A stretch of 11,557 nt of DNA from Acidobacteriota bacterium (GTDB taxonomy: Bacteria > Acidobacteriota > UBA6911 > JACQSX01), in the NCBI GenBank assembly GCA_036507075.1, contig DASXQR010000095.1, positions 1 to 11,557 of the forward strand, in the 5' to 3' direction. The translations under genes were made by a program, and so were the position numbers. The notes beneath the pieces are model-generated. The model saw nothing but the letters and a program-made list of their open reading frames with translations, ran no database searches and was not told the origin of the DNA. Shown here in pieces: positions 1 through 8,414 of the stretch; the first letter of the stretch is position 1, and every line of letters begins with the position of its first letter.

Positions 1-234
1 GCGCATCAGGTTGTCAGTCAGGCTGGCGCTCGAGGCCCCAAATTCAGTCTCGACTCTGCTGACCTGAACTATATCGGCCAAATTCTGCTGACACCGCTGC
101 AATGAGTGCTCCCCGTCATCGGAAACTGATAGCGCAATGCACTCAGGTCAACGTAGTCGACCAGTGAATCAGTCGACCTGATATTGCACGGCGTGCAGGC
201 TGTGTCCGACACACCTACGCTGCGGCAGCGGTAC

Positions 235-276
235 CGAAGGCGCCAGCCTCCCACGAGGCTGGCGCCTTCGCTTTAT
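235..276 (+). terminator. Perfect 16-bp hairpin, possible intrinsic terminator
   Basis: CGAAGGCGCCAGCCTC (235-250), loop CCAC, GAGGCTGGCGCCTTCG (255-270) is an exact reverse complement; only a weak T-tract (CTTTAT) follows. Confidence 0.55.
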
Positions 277-444
277 CGGGATTGCAGGCTGTTATCACCG
301 TTATCAGCGCGCTTGCCTGGTACATCGCGCCGCGCCTTGTCTCTCCGGTCGGCGGTAGTCCGGGTCGCCAAGGCGCAGACCGACACTCTCCAAAAGGTCC
401 CGACCGGGCGGCTGGAAGGCGTCGGCCATGCGGCCAGCGCATGA
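264..444 (+). pseudogene. gspG: Degenerate type II secretion major pseudopilin (GspG-like) remnant, frameshifted
   Basis: Frame from 264 reads AFALSGLQAVITVISALAWYIAPRLVSPVGGS, aligning without gaps to the recalled GspG N-terminus GFTLLELLVVMVIIGLLAGYVAPRYFSQVGKS. After a frameshift near 357, VRVAKAQTDTLQKVPTGRLEGVGH resembles VKVAKAQIDALEKALDQYRLDVGH. Stop at 442-444. Confidence 0.6.
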
Positions 445-692
445 GCCCAACCGGAACCGGCTAACTCCGCGAGGGCCAAACTTAAACTGTCTCCTTGCGT
501 CTCTGTGAAATCTGAATGTTGGAATGTAGTCCGATCGAGGCATAAGTTTGACAAGGGTGAAGCAACAATATGCAAGGAGACGCAATGTAAATTCGCCTGT
601 ATTGCAGTTTTTCTCTGTTGCGCGCGGGATGCAGAAGAGCTCGCTGATAAAATGCGCCAGACGTCGTCACTTGATGGCGGACAATTCCTAAC

Positions 693-968
693 CGCATCTA
701 CAACATCGGAAACAGCCGGCCAGTTCAGTTGATGCGCTACATCGAGGTGCTGGAGCAGTGCCTTGGAAGGAAGGCGCAGGTCGAAATGCTTCCCATGCAA
801 GCTGGAGATGTTCCGGCAACAACGGCGGACGTTACCGAACTCGAATCGGCGGTCGGATATCGTCCGGGCACTCCGGTCGAGGTGGGCGTACCCAGGTTTG
901 TCGAGTGGTACAAGGTCTATTACCGCGTGACTGATAATGAAGCTCAATATCATTGGCACAGGTTATAG
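693..968 (+). pseudogene. C-terminal fragment of an NAD-dependent epimerase (UDP-glucuronate 4-epimerase-like)
   Basis: RIYNIGNSRPVQLMRYIEVLEQCLGRKAQVEMLPMQAGDVPATTADVTELESAVGYRPGTPVEVGVPRFVEWYKVYY is the characteristic C-terminus of this family. An in-frame TGA lies at 672-674, and no GxxGxxG or YxxxK motif is present upstream. Confidence 0.88.
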
Positions 969-1947
969 CAAGTCCACGGTACCGGTCGGCACGGCGGATC
1001 AGGTGCGTGACGTTGTCGGGCAGGAAGTGGATCGCAGGGGCGCCAAGGTGTGCTTCGAAGTCGCAAGCAATCCGGAGTTCCTGAAAGAAGGCGATGCGAT
1101 CAACGATTTCATGCGTCCCGAGCGCATCATCATCGGGGCTGACTCCGAGCTGGCGGTCGAGCAGATGCGTGCGCTGTATGCGCCCTTCACCCGCAGCCAC
1201 GAGCGCCTGCTGGTGATGGGCGTGCGCGACGCCGAGATGACGAAATACGCTGCCAACGCCACGCTTGCGACCCGCATCTCGCTCATGAACGAGATCGCCA
1301 ATCTCTGCGAGCAACTGGGCGTGGATGTGGAGAATGTGCGGCGCGGAATCGGCTCCGACAGCCGGATCGGGCACTCTTTCATCTATCCCGGCCCCGGCTA
1401 CGGCGGCTCATGCCTGCCGAAGGACGTGAAAGCGCTGATCCGCATGGCCGAGGCGCGCGGCATGGCACCGGAGATGCTGCGGGCGGTGGATTCCCGCAAC
1501 CAGTCTCAGAAGCAACGCCTGTTCGAGAAAATCCGGGACCGCTTCGGCACACAGTTGGCGGGACACACGATCGGCGTCTGGGGTCTCGCCTTCAAGCCTG
1601 GCACGGACGATCTGCGGGAAGCGCCTTCGCTCACCCTCATCGAGCGATTGATCGGGGCAGGCGCATCGGTAAGAGCCTACGATCTCGTCGCGATGGAGAA
1701 CGCACGGCGAGTTCTTCCAGCATCATGGTTCGAATCGGGTAAGCTGGTGCTGGTGAAGCATCAGTACGATGCGGCCAAGGGTGCTGACGCGCTGGTACTG
1801 GTCACGGAGTGGAAGCCCTTTCGCCTCCCGGATTTTGACGTTTTGAAGCGGCTCATGCGTTCCCCGGTCATCTTCGACGGTCGCAATCTGTATGAGCCGC
1901 GGCATGTGCGCAGCCTCGGATTCGAGTATTTCGGTATCGGACGTTAG
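937..1947 (+). pseudogene. ugd: UDP-glucose 6-dehydrogenase with an internal in-frame deletion (probable pseudogene)
   Basis: Motifs KSTVPVGT, SNPEFLKEG, KYAANA, GPGYGGSCLPKD (catalytic Cys), GLAFKPGTDDLRE and FDGRNLY are present. MKLNIIGTGY joins directly to SKSTVPVGT, and the ORF is 336 aa versus ~440 aa typical. Confidence 0.88.
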
Positions 1948-1967
1948 CAACACGGGGAGACGGATCT

Positions 1968-2825
1968 ATGTTTGAGCGTAACAGTAAGGGGTATGAAAGT
2001 ATCAGCTCCACCGCCTGGACAGTTGCACATCGAAGAACCTTCACCGATATTCCTTATTCTCAAGAGATATTTGATGAGTTCGAGCGAATACTGCTCGAAC
2101 AAGACAGCGCTGAAATTCCTGAAGAACTCGTATCTCCACAAATCGCTCCGCAAATCGAAGCCCGGTACAAACTCGTCAGTCGTCTCATAAGAGAAAACTC
2201 TGTTCACCAAGTGCTGGAAATTGCGACCGGTCTCTCGCCCCGCGGACTGGAAATGACCAGTGATTCAAATGTTGAGTATGTGGAAGTAGATCTACCGACC
2301 ATGATGTCACATAAGAAAAAAATAGTTGGTGCTCTCGGTTCAAATGGCAATCTGCACTTGGAAATAGGCAATGCCCTCGATCTCGATAGTCTAAAAGCTG
2401 CTGTTGCAGTTCTTGATCAAGCCAAACCTTTGGGAATAGTTCATGAAGGCCTTCTGCGCTATTTTAATTTCGATGAAAAAGCAATAATTGCCAGAAACAT
2501 ACATTCTCTTTTAGAACTATTTGGCGGGGTGTGGATTACACCCGATATCACCTTGAGAACAGTTTTAAACGTTGCAAGTACTGAAGATCGCGATCAAATT
2601 GAAAAGGTGGGACAACTCGTTGGAATAAACATAGATCAGAATCGTTTTGAGAATGTGGATGAAGCACAAAAATTCTTTGAAGATCTTGCTTTTACCATAG
2701 AGCGACGCAGATTTACGGAAGTAATGGATGAACTGGTTTCGCCAGCCAGATTGGGTCAAACACGACAACAAGTCGAAGCTCTGATTGGCGGGGCTTATGT
2801 TTTTGTAATGCGAATACGTCGGTAA
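1968..2825 (+). CDS. Class I SAM-dependent methyltransferase (LCM/O-methyltransferase-like)
   Basis: 285-aa ORF with GGAG RBS upstream; motifs VLEIATGLSPRG, YVEVDLP, GNALD, HEGLLRYF. Markedly AT-rich. Confidence 0.8.
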   Translation: MFERNSKGYESISSTAWTVAHRRTFTDIPYSQEIFDEFERILLEQDSAEIPEELVSPQIAPQIEARYKLVSRLIRENSVHQVLEIATGLSPRGLEMTSDSNVEYVEVDLPTMMSHKKKIVGALGSNGNLHLEIGNALDLDSLKAAVAVLDQAKPLGIVHEGLLRYFNFDEKAIIARNIHSLLELFGGVWITPDITLRTVLNVASTEDRDQIEKVGQLVGINIDQNRFENVDEAQKFFEDLAFTIERRRFTEVMDELVSPARLGQTRQQVEALIGGAYVFVMRIRR

Positions 2826-2827
2826 AT

Positions 2828-4033
2828 TTACATCGCTTCAAGAACCGATCTTAATTTTTTGCCGACATGCTCCCAGGTATATTGAGCCAGAATCAACTGG
2901 CGCGCATTCGACCCCAACGCTTCGCAACGGGTGGGGTCCTTCAGCAATGCAAGCACCGATTCAGCCATTTCTTCGGGCGTTGAGGCTTCCACGTAGTGGC
3001 GCCCGTTGACTGCGCCGGCGATCGACTCCATCCCCAGCGGCGTCGAGACCACGGCCATTTCCAGGGCAAGCGCTTCGAGCACCTTGTTCTTGATGCCGCC
3101 TCCGGAAACCATCGGGTTGATCATGATGGGATATTCCGAAACGAGGGCATAGAGATCCTCCACGAATCCCGTCACGCGAATTAAGGGGTAGCGACGGGCC
3201 GCTGCCTCGACCCAGGGCTCCGCGCCACGACCGACTATGCACCACTCCACTCCCGCCGCCGCCAGATAGGGCTCATAGACCTTTTCCAGGAAAAAGCGCA
3301 TGGCCTGGACGTTTGGAGGAAATGCCAGATTGCCCCAGAAGACGACGCCAGGCTTCCGAGGCCCGTTCCTGCGAGCGAGGGGCTGTTCCAGGAAAGGAGG
3401 AATTCCCATAGGAATGGTTGTCACGTTGCTGCAGCCGCCAGACATCCGCCTGATGGCTTGAGTATCAATGTCGCTGAGCGTAATGACGTGGGTAAACCAG
3501 TGCGGCAGCCTTGCGTCGTTGTTGATCCACCTCCAGCGCGCCAGCGCCGAACTCGCTTTCTCCACCAACGTCATACCGGAGCGTACAGCGTAGTCTCTCT
3601 CAAGATACAGTGCAGTGCTGTCGCACGTGTCCATCAGCACTTTTTCCGAGCGGAATGGCAGTAGGAAACCCGCAAGCGACGCGCAAACGGCGACGATCCG
3701 GCTTGCAGAGTGCCGTTTCAGCATTGAGGAGATCAGATCGACTGCCTCGCGATAATAACGAGGGTAGCCCAGGGAATAGTAATTGGCGTCGCGCCACCGC
3801 AAATGGCGCATGATCGAGGGGCGTCCATGAGGCAGAACGAGCGGTTCGGCCACCTCGTCAAAAAGATCACGTGGATCAAGACTTACCTTACCGCGATCCC
3901 TCTCACTGCATGCTATTGGGACAAGCACGAGCGAATCGAGCCTTGCCAATTCCCGGGAGAGATACCATACGCGCCGGTCGTAAGGTTCCGCCTCATTGGC
4001 AAGGCTCTTGTCGGTGATTACCAGGGTTGTCAT
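2828..4033 (-). CDS. Glycosyltransferase family 4 (GT-B fold)
   Basis: 401 aa; FWGNLAFPPN, VTGFVEDL, GGGIKNKVLEALALEMAVVSTPLGME and YTWEHV motifs; ATGA overlap with the wzx stop. Confidence 0.9.
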   Translation of the reverse strand: MTTLVITDKSLANEAEPYDRRVWYLSRELARLDSLVLVPIACSERDRGKVSLDPRDLFDEVAEPLVLPHGRPSIMRHLRWRDANYYSLGYPRYYREAVDLISSMLKRHSASRIVAVCASLAGFLLPFRSEKVLMDTCDSTALYLERDYAVRSGMTLVEKASSALARWRWINNDARLPHWFTHVITLSDIDTQAIRRMSGGCSNVTTIPMGIPPFLEQPLARRNGPRKPGVVFWGNLAFPPNVQAMRFFLEKVYEPYLAAAGVEWCIVGRGAEPWVEAAARRYPLIRVTGFVEDLYALVSEYPIMINPMVSGGGIKNKVLEALALEMAVVSTPLGMESIAGAVNGRHYVEASTPEEMAESVLALLKDPTRCEALGSNARQLILAQYTWEHVGKKLRSVLEAM

Positions 4034-5511
4034 GTGATGATTCTCCCGGATCGCTTCCTGAGGTGACGCAGAGAATCGGGCGCTAATCCCAAGACATCAG
4101 CGACCAGGCCCCATTGCCCAAGGCCGACGAGGCTGGGCAAGTACGCGCAGCAGAAAACAACGCCCGAAACCAGAATCGCAAGGACATGACCGAGCGTAGG
4201 CGGAATGAGGAAAAGCGTCAGGTATGCAGCCAAGCCGGCGATGAAAGCGGCTCCACCGATGCAGGCAATCGTACGCCAATCCTGCAATGCGCTGACGGGC
4301 AAATCCACGAGCCGCGACGCGCGCGCATAAACGAGGGATATTGCGAGAACGCTCCCGACTATGACGCCGGCTACTGCGCCGGGAACCCCCCACACCTGGC
4401 TTCCGGCATAGCTTGCAAGCAACCCGACCAGAAGCAAAATGATGTTCACTCGAAGGAGAAACGGACCTTGACGGAGCACCAGCATGACCGTCGACATCTC
4501 AACGACTGTGATAAGCGACGCGATGGCGTTCAGTCGCAAGACAGGTATTGCATCTGCGTACGCCTCCGTATATATCAACCTGATGAGGGGACTGGCTGCG
4601 GCAAAGATGAACGCAATCACCGGTAGAATGAAGAGTGCGACCGCCACGTTGCTGCGACTGTTAAGGCTCAGAACCTTTGCGAGATCGCCCTCCGCCTGGG
4701 CCTTGCTCATTTCCGGGAAAATTACCCTGGTGACTGTGATGCGGATAAGCCCAGCCAGCGCCAAGGCGGCCGCACCAATCGAGTAGACGCCGTACTGAGC
4801 AGAGCCGAACAACACGACCACAAGCCATTGATCTGCCTGCATGCGCAGCAGGTAAACCGCATTGTCCGCTCCCACCGGGATGGCGTATCTGGCTTGCTCC
4901 AGCCAGCGGGTCATCCGACCGAACCAGAGTCGCCAGCCATATCGCGCGGTCGAAATGGCCAGCAACAGCAAGGCCTTTGTGGCGGCCACGAAGGCCAGGA
5001 CCCCGATCACGGCATGGATTCCGCCCAGGACGGCTGCGGTGAGTACAGCACCCACTCTCAGCAACGCCAAACCGAAGATCAGGCCAGCCTGCAATTCGAT
5101 GCGCCGTTCCGCGTTAGGCAGTATGTCCAGGGTCGAACCGAAAACCCAAAGCGCGCAAAAGAGTGGTGCGGCAAAGTCTGCGCCAGCCATCGTCCTGACG
5201 GAATGAGGCAAGAGGGAATTCCAGGGACCTAGTACCAGCCAAGCGAGTATTCCGGCCGTAGCCATGTAAAACAGGGCCTGCCGTACAAAGACAGCCTGGC
5301 CGTGCAGGTCGTGGCGCGGCAGGAAATAGGGCAGACTGGCCGGTATGCCAAATGGGACGATCGCAAGTAACGTTCCGGCTGCCAGCCAAAGCAGCCTATA
5401 TTCCCCGAAGCTAATTTCGTCCAACACCCGAACAAGGACGATAGGGATGAACACCTGAATTGCAAATTCCGCAATGTTGGCAATCCCCAACGTTATGATC
5501 TGACGCTTCAT
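4030..5511 (-). CDS. wzx: Oligosaccharide/polysaccharide flippase (Wzx, MOP superfamily)
   Basis: 493 aa with many hydrophobic segments; N-terminal IPIVLVRVLDEISFGEY, mid-protein QADQWLVVVLFGSAQYGVYSIG and IFPEMSK patterns; glycosyltransferase context. Confidence 0.85.
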   Translation of the reverse strand: MKRQIITLGIANIAEFAIQVFIPIVLVRVLDEISFGEYRLLWLAAGTLLAIVPFGIPASLPYFLPRHDLHGQAVFVRQALFYMATAGILAWLVLGPWNSLLPHSVRTMAGADFAAPLFCALWVFGSTLDILPNAERRIELQAGLIFGLALLRVGAVLTAAVLGGIHAVIGVLAFVAATKALLLLAISTARYGWRLWFGRMTRWLEQARYAIPVGADNAVYLLRMQADQWLVVVLFGSAQYGVYSIGAAALALAGLIRITVTRVIFPEMSKAQAEGDLAKVLSLNSRSNVAVALFILPVIAFIFAAASPLIRLIYTEAYADAIPVLRLNAIASLITVVEMSTVMLVLRQGPFLLRVNIILLLVGLLASYAGSQVWGVPGAVAGVIVGSVLAISLVYARASRLVDLPVSALQDWRTIACIGGAAFIAGLAAYLTLFLIPPTLGHVLAILVSGVVFCCAYLPSLVGLGQWGLVADVLGLAPDSLRHLRKRSGRIIT

Positions 5512-5662
5512 GAAATGTGGAAGCGGGGCATTGGGTGGTCCGTAGGATCGGCCCCGCCATGGCCCGTCAGCACCGGGCTCACTTCCTGGCGTCGAATCTC
5601 AACTGTTTCGGGGGGAGCCTTGGCGCCGGCGTCAATGACCCTGCTGGCAGAAGACGCTGGCA

Positions 5663-6412
5663 TCATGCTGCGTGGATGTCGTACCACGCCCAGAGCTGGT
5701 TTGAACCTACCGCTTGCTGCAACCTTGAAAGCACCGCCTGTGCCGAATACCAATTGCCACTACTACACCAAGGTGCCGGTCCCGAACTATGAGCGACGTT
5801 AAAGAATCTCCCCGCCCTTCTTACCTGCTGCGGATCGGCATACCCCATGAGACGAAATATTCGGCGGGCCACACGATCGTACAATCGATGTTGGTCGGCG
5901 AGTTCGAGAAAGTTGCATTGATTAATGATTTTGAATCGCTGGTAGCCAATGGCTGCAGCGTGAGCGATCAACTCCTCAAAATCTTCGCCAATTTCGAACG
6001 ACAGAAATTGAGGCCGCGTATCTTTCTCCAGGGCAAGGACGCACATGCGGTCCGCTCCCTCGATATCGACTTTCAGGTAGTAGGGCAGGCCGTATTGAGC
6101 GAATAGCTCTTGAATGCTAAGTGACCGTACTGAATAGGAACCAACCGGGTTCCTGCTGAGGAGTCTTTCCTTCGAAGTCGAGCTCGACCCCAGATTGTCT
6201 CCTGAGATTATCAGCTCGACGGTTCCACTGCCCGTTCCAATCGCCGCATTAACGAGCTGAAGGCGGCCAGCCTCGACATGTTGTCGTAGCCGCTCCTCGG
6301 CGCGCTGGACAAGGACCGGATTTGCCTCAACCGCAACGACTTGGTAGCCTTCCTCGAGATAGTAGACCGTGTCAGAAGCGTCGTACATGCCAATATCGAA
6401 AATGGTCTTCAT
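5663..6412 (-). CDS. FkbM-family methyltransferase
   Basis: MKTIFDIGMYDASDT...VVAVEANP...VNAAIG...YYLKVDIEGAD. Start moved to 6412, which has a GAGGT RBS and an ATGA overlap with the upstream GT stop. Confidence 0.9.
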   Translation of the reverse strand: MKTIFDIGMYDASDTVYYLEEGYQVVAVEANPVLVQRAEERLRQHVEAGRLQLVNAAIGTGSGTVELIISGDNLGSSSTSKERLLSRNPVGSYSVRSLSIQELFAQYGLPYYLKVDIEGADRMCVLALEKDTRPQFLSFEIGEDFEELIAHAAAIGYQRFKIINQCNFLELADQHRLYDRVARRIFRLMGYADPQQVRRAGRFFNVAHSSGPAPWCSSGNWYSAQAVLSRLQQAVGSNQLWAWYDIHAA

Positions 6413-7602
6413 ACGTCGACCTCGGATGTTGTGAGTTTCCGATTTCCATGAGAGCGTTCCAACTCGACGTCGGGCGTGGAATGGCTTCCTGTGGGACATA
6501 GCAGGGTACGATATTCGTCGAGCATTCGCGCACTGCCGAAGCGGCCTTGCACGTCGGTCATCGCGGCTCCCCCCATTCTCCTCCTCAGATCCTCATTGCC
6601 TGCCAGCGCGGCAATATGCCCGGCGAGCTCCGTCACGTCACCGGGGGAATACAGGAAACCGTTCCGCCCAACCTCCACCATTTCGGCGGCGCCCCCGATT
6701 CTGGACAGTATGACCGGCAGCCCCATGGCCATCGCCTCGAGCGCGGCGTTTGAGAACGTTTCGACGGCCGTCGAGGTCAGGACGAATGCGTCAGCGAGTT
6801 TCAGGAGGGGGCGCACGTCTTCGATCGCGCCCAGCATTCGCACTCTGTCTCTTACTCCAAAGTTGGCGATGCCGCGCTCGATCGACGCGCGCTGGTCGCC
6901 TTCTCCCACCAGCAGGGCGTGGATAGGTAGACCGCGCGACGCCAGAGCCGCTACCGCCTGAATCAGGTGAACCTGTTGCTTCTCCGGTCTTAACTGTGCA
7001 ACCGAAATTGCAACAAAGGAATCCACGGGAAGCCCATATCGCAGTCGGAGCTGATCACGGGTTTCTGTAATCGCTGCGGTATTGAAGTGGGCCTGGTCCA
7101 CCCCGTTGTAAATGACGCGGCTGTTTGCTGCCGGGAGGCGGTAGCGGGCTATCCACTGGTCCTGCTGCAAACGGCATCCAAACACGAGATGTTTCGTCCG
7201 GCGCAATAACGGCGCGTAGACGATCATGAAACGCTCGTCGCGACGGCTCCCGAAGTCGGTCGTATTGATCAGGGCGGAGAGAACCGGGGCCTGCTTGCCA
7301 AGCTGCCAGGCAGCCGCATGCGCGTAGAGGAGGGGGTACAGATTCACGCACACCACACGCGATATCCGCTGCTCGACGAGGTAGCGCTTGAGTCCGCGCA
7401 ATGCCGACAACGAAAACTTGCCCGTCCGCTCCAGATAGAGCGTGGGCAGAGCCGGGCCGAGGCTCGCGCGTAACGTATGGGGCGCGCTGAGGTAAGCCAG
7501 ATGGATATCGTGGCCCCCTTGCCGCAGAGCATTGGCGATTCGAACGCTCTTGCGTTCCGATCCACCGATTCCCAGGTTATTGAGGAGCAACAACGCGGCC
7601 AT
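6409..7602 (-). CDS. Glycosyltransferase family 4
   Basis: LLNNLGIGGSER, VIYNGVD, VAQLRPEKQQ, ETFSNAALEAMAMGLPVI (EX7E motif). Start placed at 7602 because the longer ORF overlaps the upstream gene; 7653 is an alternative. Confidence 0.92.
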   Translation of the reverse strand: MAALLLLNNLGIGGSERKSVRIANALRQGGHDIHLAYLSAPHTLRASLGPALPTLYLERTGKFSLSALRGLKRYLVEQRISRVVCVNLYPLLYAHAAAWQLGKQAPVLSALINTTDFGSRRDERFMIVYAPLLRRTKHLVFGCRLQQDQWIARYRLPAANSRVIYNGVDQAHFNTAAITETRDQLRLRYGLPVDSFVAISVAQLRPEKQQVHLIQAVAALASRGLPIHALLVGEGDQRASIERGIANFGVRDRVRMLGAIEDVRPLLKLADAFVLTSTAVETFSNAALEAMAMGLPVILSRIGGAAEMVEVGRNGFLYSPGDVTELAGHIAALAGNEDLRRRMGGAAMTDVQGRFGSARMLDEYRTLLCPTGSHSTPDVELERSHGNRKLTTSEVDV

Positions 7603-7616
7603 GGAAGATGCGTTGA

Positions 7617-8414
7617 TTATGAGGAGGACTGCCGCTGGATAATTGCGTTGCATAATTCCCGGACCAACTTCCGGCGGCGCCAGGCATCGCGAACGGGAAG
7701 CCAGATGCGGCCTCTGATGGTCACCGGTACCGTGCAGTCGTAGCTTCGGACCTGCTCCCCGCCGAAGTCCTTTTTGAACTGGTTGATTCCGGTGCCCTCC
7801 GGTACGGATTCGTCCTCGAAGAGCCCACCCCAGTCGTAGCGTCTTATTCCCATCTGCTTGAACCGCAACATGTCTTTCCAATGAAGCCAACGATTGGCGC
7901 GCCCGACCAGGGCGCGATAAGCGCTCTCTCTATTTCTGAAACAGGAGGCCGAGTACTGGAGGCGTGCAGCTGGTCCGAACACGAGGTAGGTGTGCCAGAC
8001 TAATGCGTCACCATTCTGCGAGGCCGCAGTGAGCACGAGCTGACGAGCGTTGCAGGCGGCAACCAGCCATTTATGATCGGAGGGCGCGAGCGACTTTTGC
8101 CTCGCGAATGCGTCGTAAAACGCACGGAATTCATCCAACCGGCCTTCCGGATCCATGATGAACTCCATGCTGAGCCCATCCTTCGTATCGGCGCGTCTAA
8201 TTTCATAACGGCAATCCTTGCCGAATTTGTCCGTGATCGCGTCGTCCTCGACGGAAAGATCGGTCACGATGGTGAGGAATGGGGAAGTTCGGGCATCGGC
8301 TATCGGCGCCTCTCTTTGTCGGTAGAGGACGATGTCCACTCCCGAATTGCGAGGCGGTTCTTCGTCATACCAAACTTCCCCGTATACCGTGGCCCGGGCC
8401 TTGATGCGGATCAT
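7617..8414 (-). CDS. FemAB/FemX-like GNAT-fold acyl/aminoacyl transferase
   Basis: 265 aa; KFGKDCRYEIRRA, ANRWLHWKDM and RRYDWGG...GINQFKKDFGG match FemAB-type C-terminal patterns; start abuts the deacetylase stop (TGAATG). Confidence 0.75.
   Translation of the reverse strand: MIRIKARATVYGEVWYDEEPPRNSGVDIVLYRQREAPIADARTSPFLTIVTDLSVEDDAITDKFGKDCRYEIRRADTKDGLSMEFIMDPEGRLDEFRAFYDAFARQKSLAPSDHKWLVAACNARQLVLTAASQNGDALVWHTYLVFGPAARLQYSASCFRNRESAYRALVGRANRWLHWKDMLRFKQMGIRRYDWGGLFEDESVPEGTGINQFKKDFGGEQVRSYDCTVPVTIRGRIWLPVRDAWRRRKLVRELCNAIIQRQSSS

Noticed and set aside
1..105. Possible 3' end of an upstream CDS (…DLNYIGQILLTPLQ*)
   Set aside because: The antiparallel minus-strand frame is also open and no motif is recognisable, so strand and product cannot be assigned.
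351..358. GGCGGTAG ops/JUMPstart-like motif upstream of sugar genes
   Set aside because: Lacks the rest of the consensus, lies within the gspG-like remnant, and the same 8-mer occurs antisense inside a GT gene near 7137.
548..576. TTGACA -35 box
   Set aside because: No acceptable -10 at 16-18 bp spacing.
465..590. c-di-GMP-I riboswitch-like words (GGCCAAAC, GACGCAA)
   Set aside because: Spacing and the GAAA-capped stem do not fit the motif.
273..1382. Minus-strand ORFs 273-959, 832-1374 and 999-1382, plus the many other ORFs antisense to or overlapping called genes
   Set aside because: Shadow ORFs typical of GC-rich coding DNA, with no motifs.
1943..2830. Integron cassette interpretation of the AT-rich gene (GTTAGCA just upstream)
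   Set aside because: No attC hairpin or RYYYAAC after the stop and no integrase; the motif is simply the ugd stop context.
5508..5753. 81-aa ORF bridging FkbM and wzx
   Set aside because: Overlaps the FkbM 3' end by ~90 bp and has no recognisable features.
7603..7890. N-terminal extension of the 493-aa GT ORF (similar extensions on the FkbM and MaoC ORFs)
   Set aside because: The GT and FkbM extensions overlap upstream genes and the MaoC one is unstructured; family motifs begin at internal ATGs.
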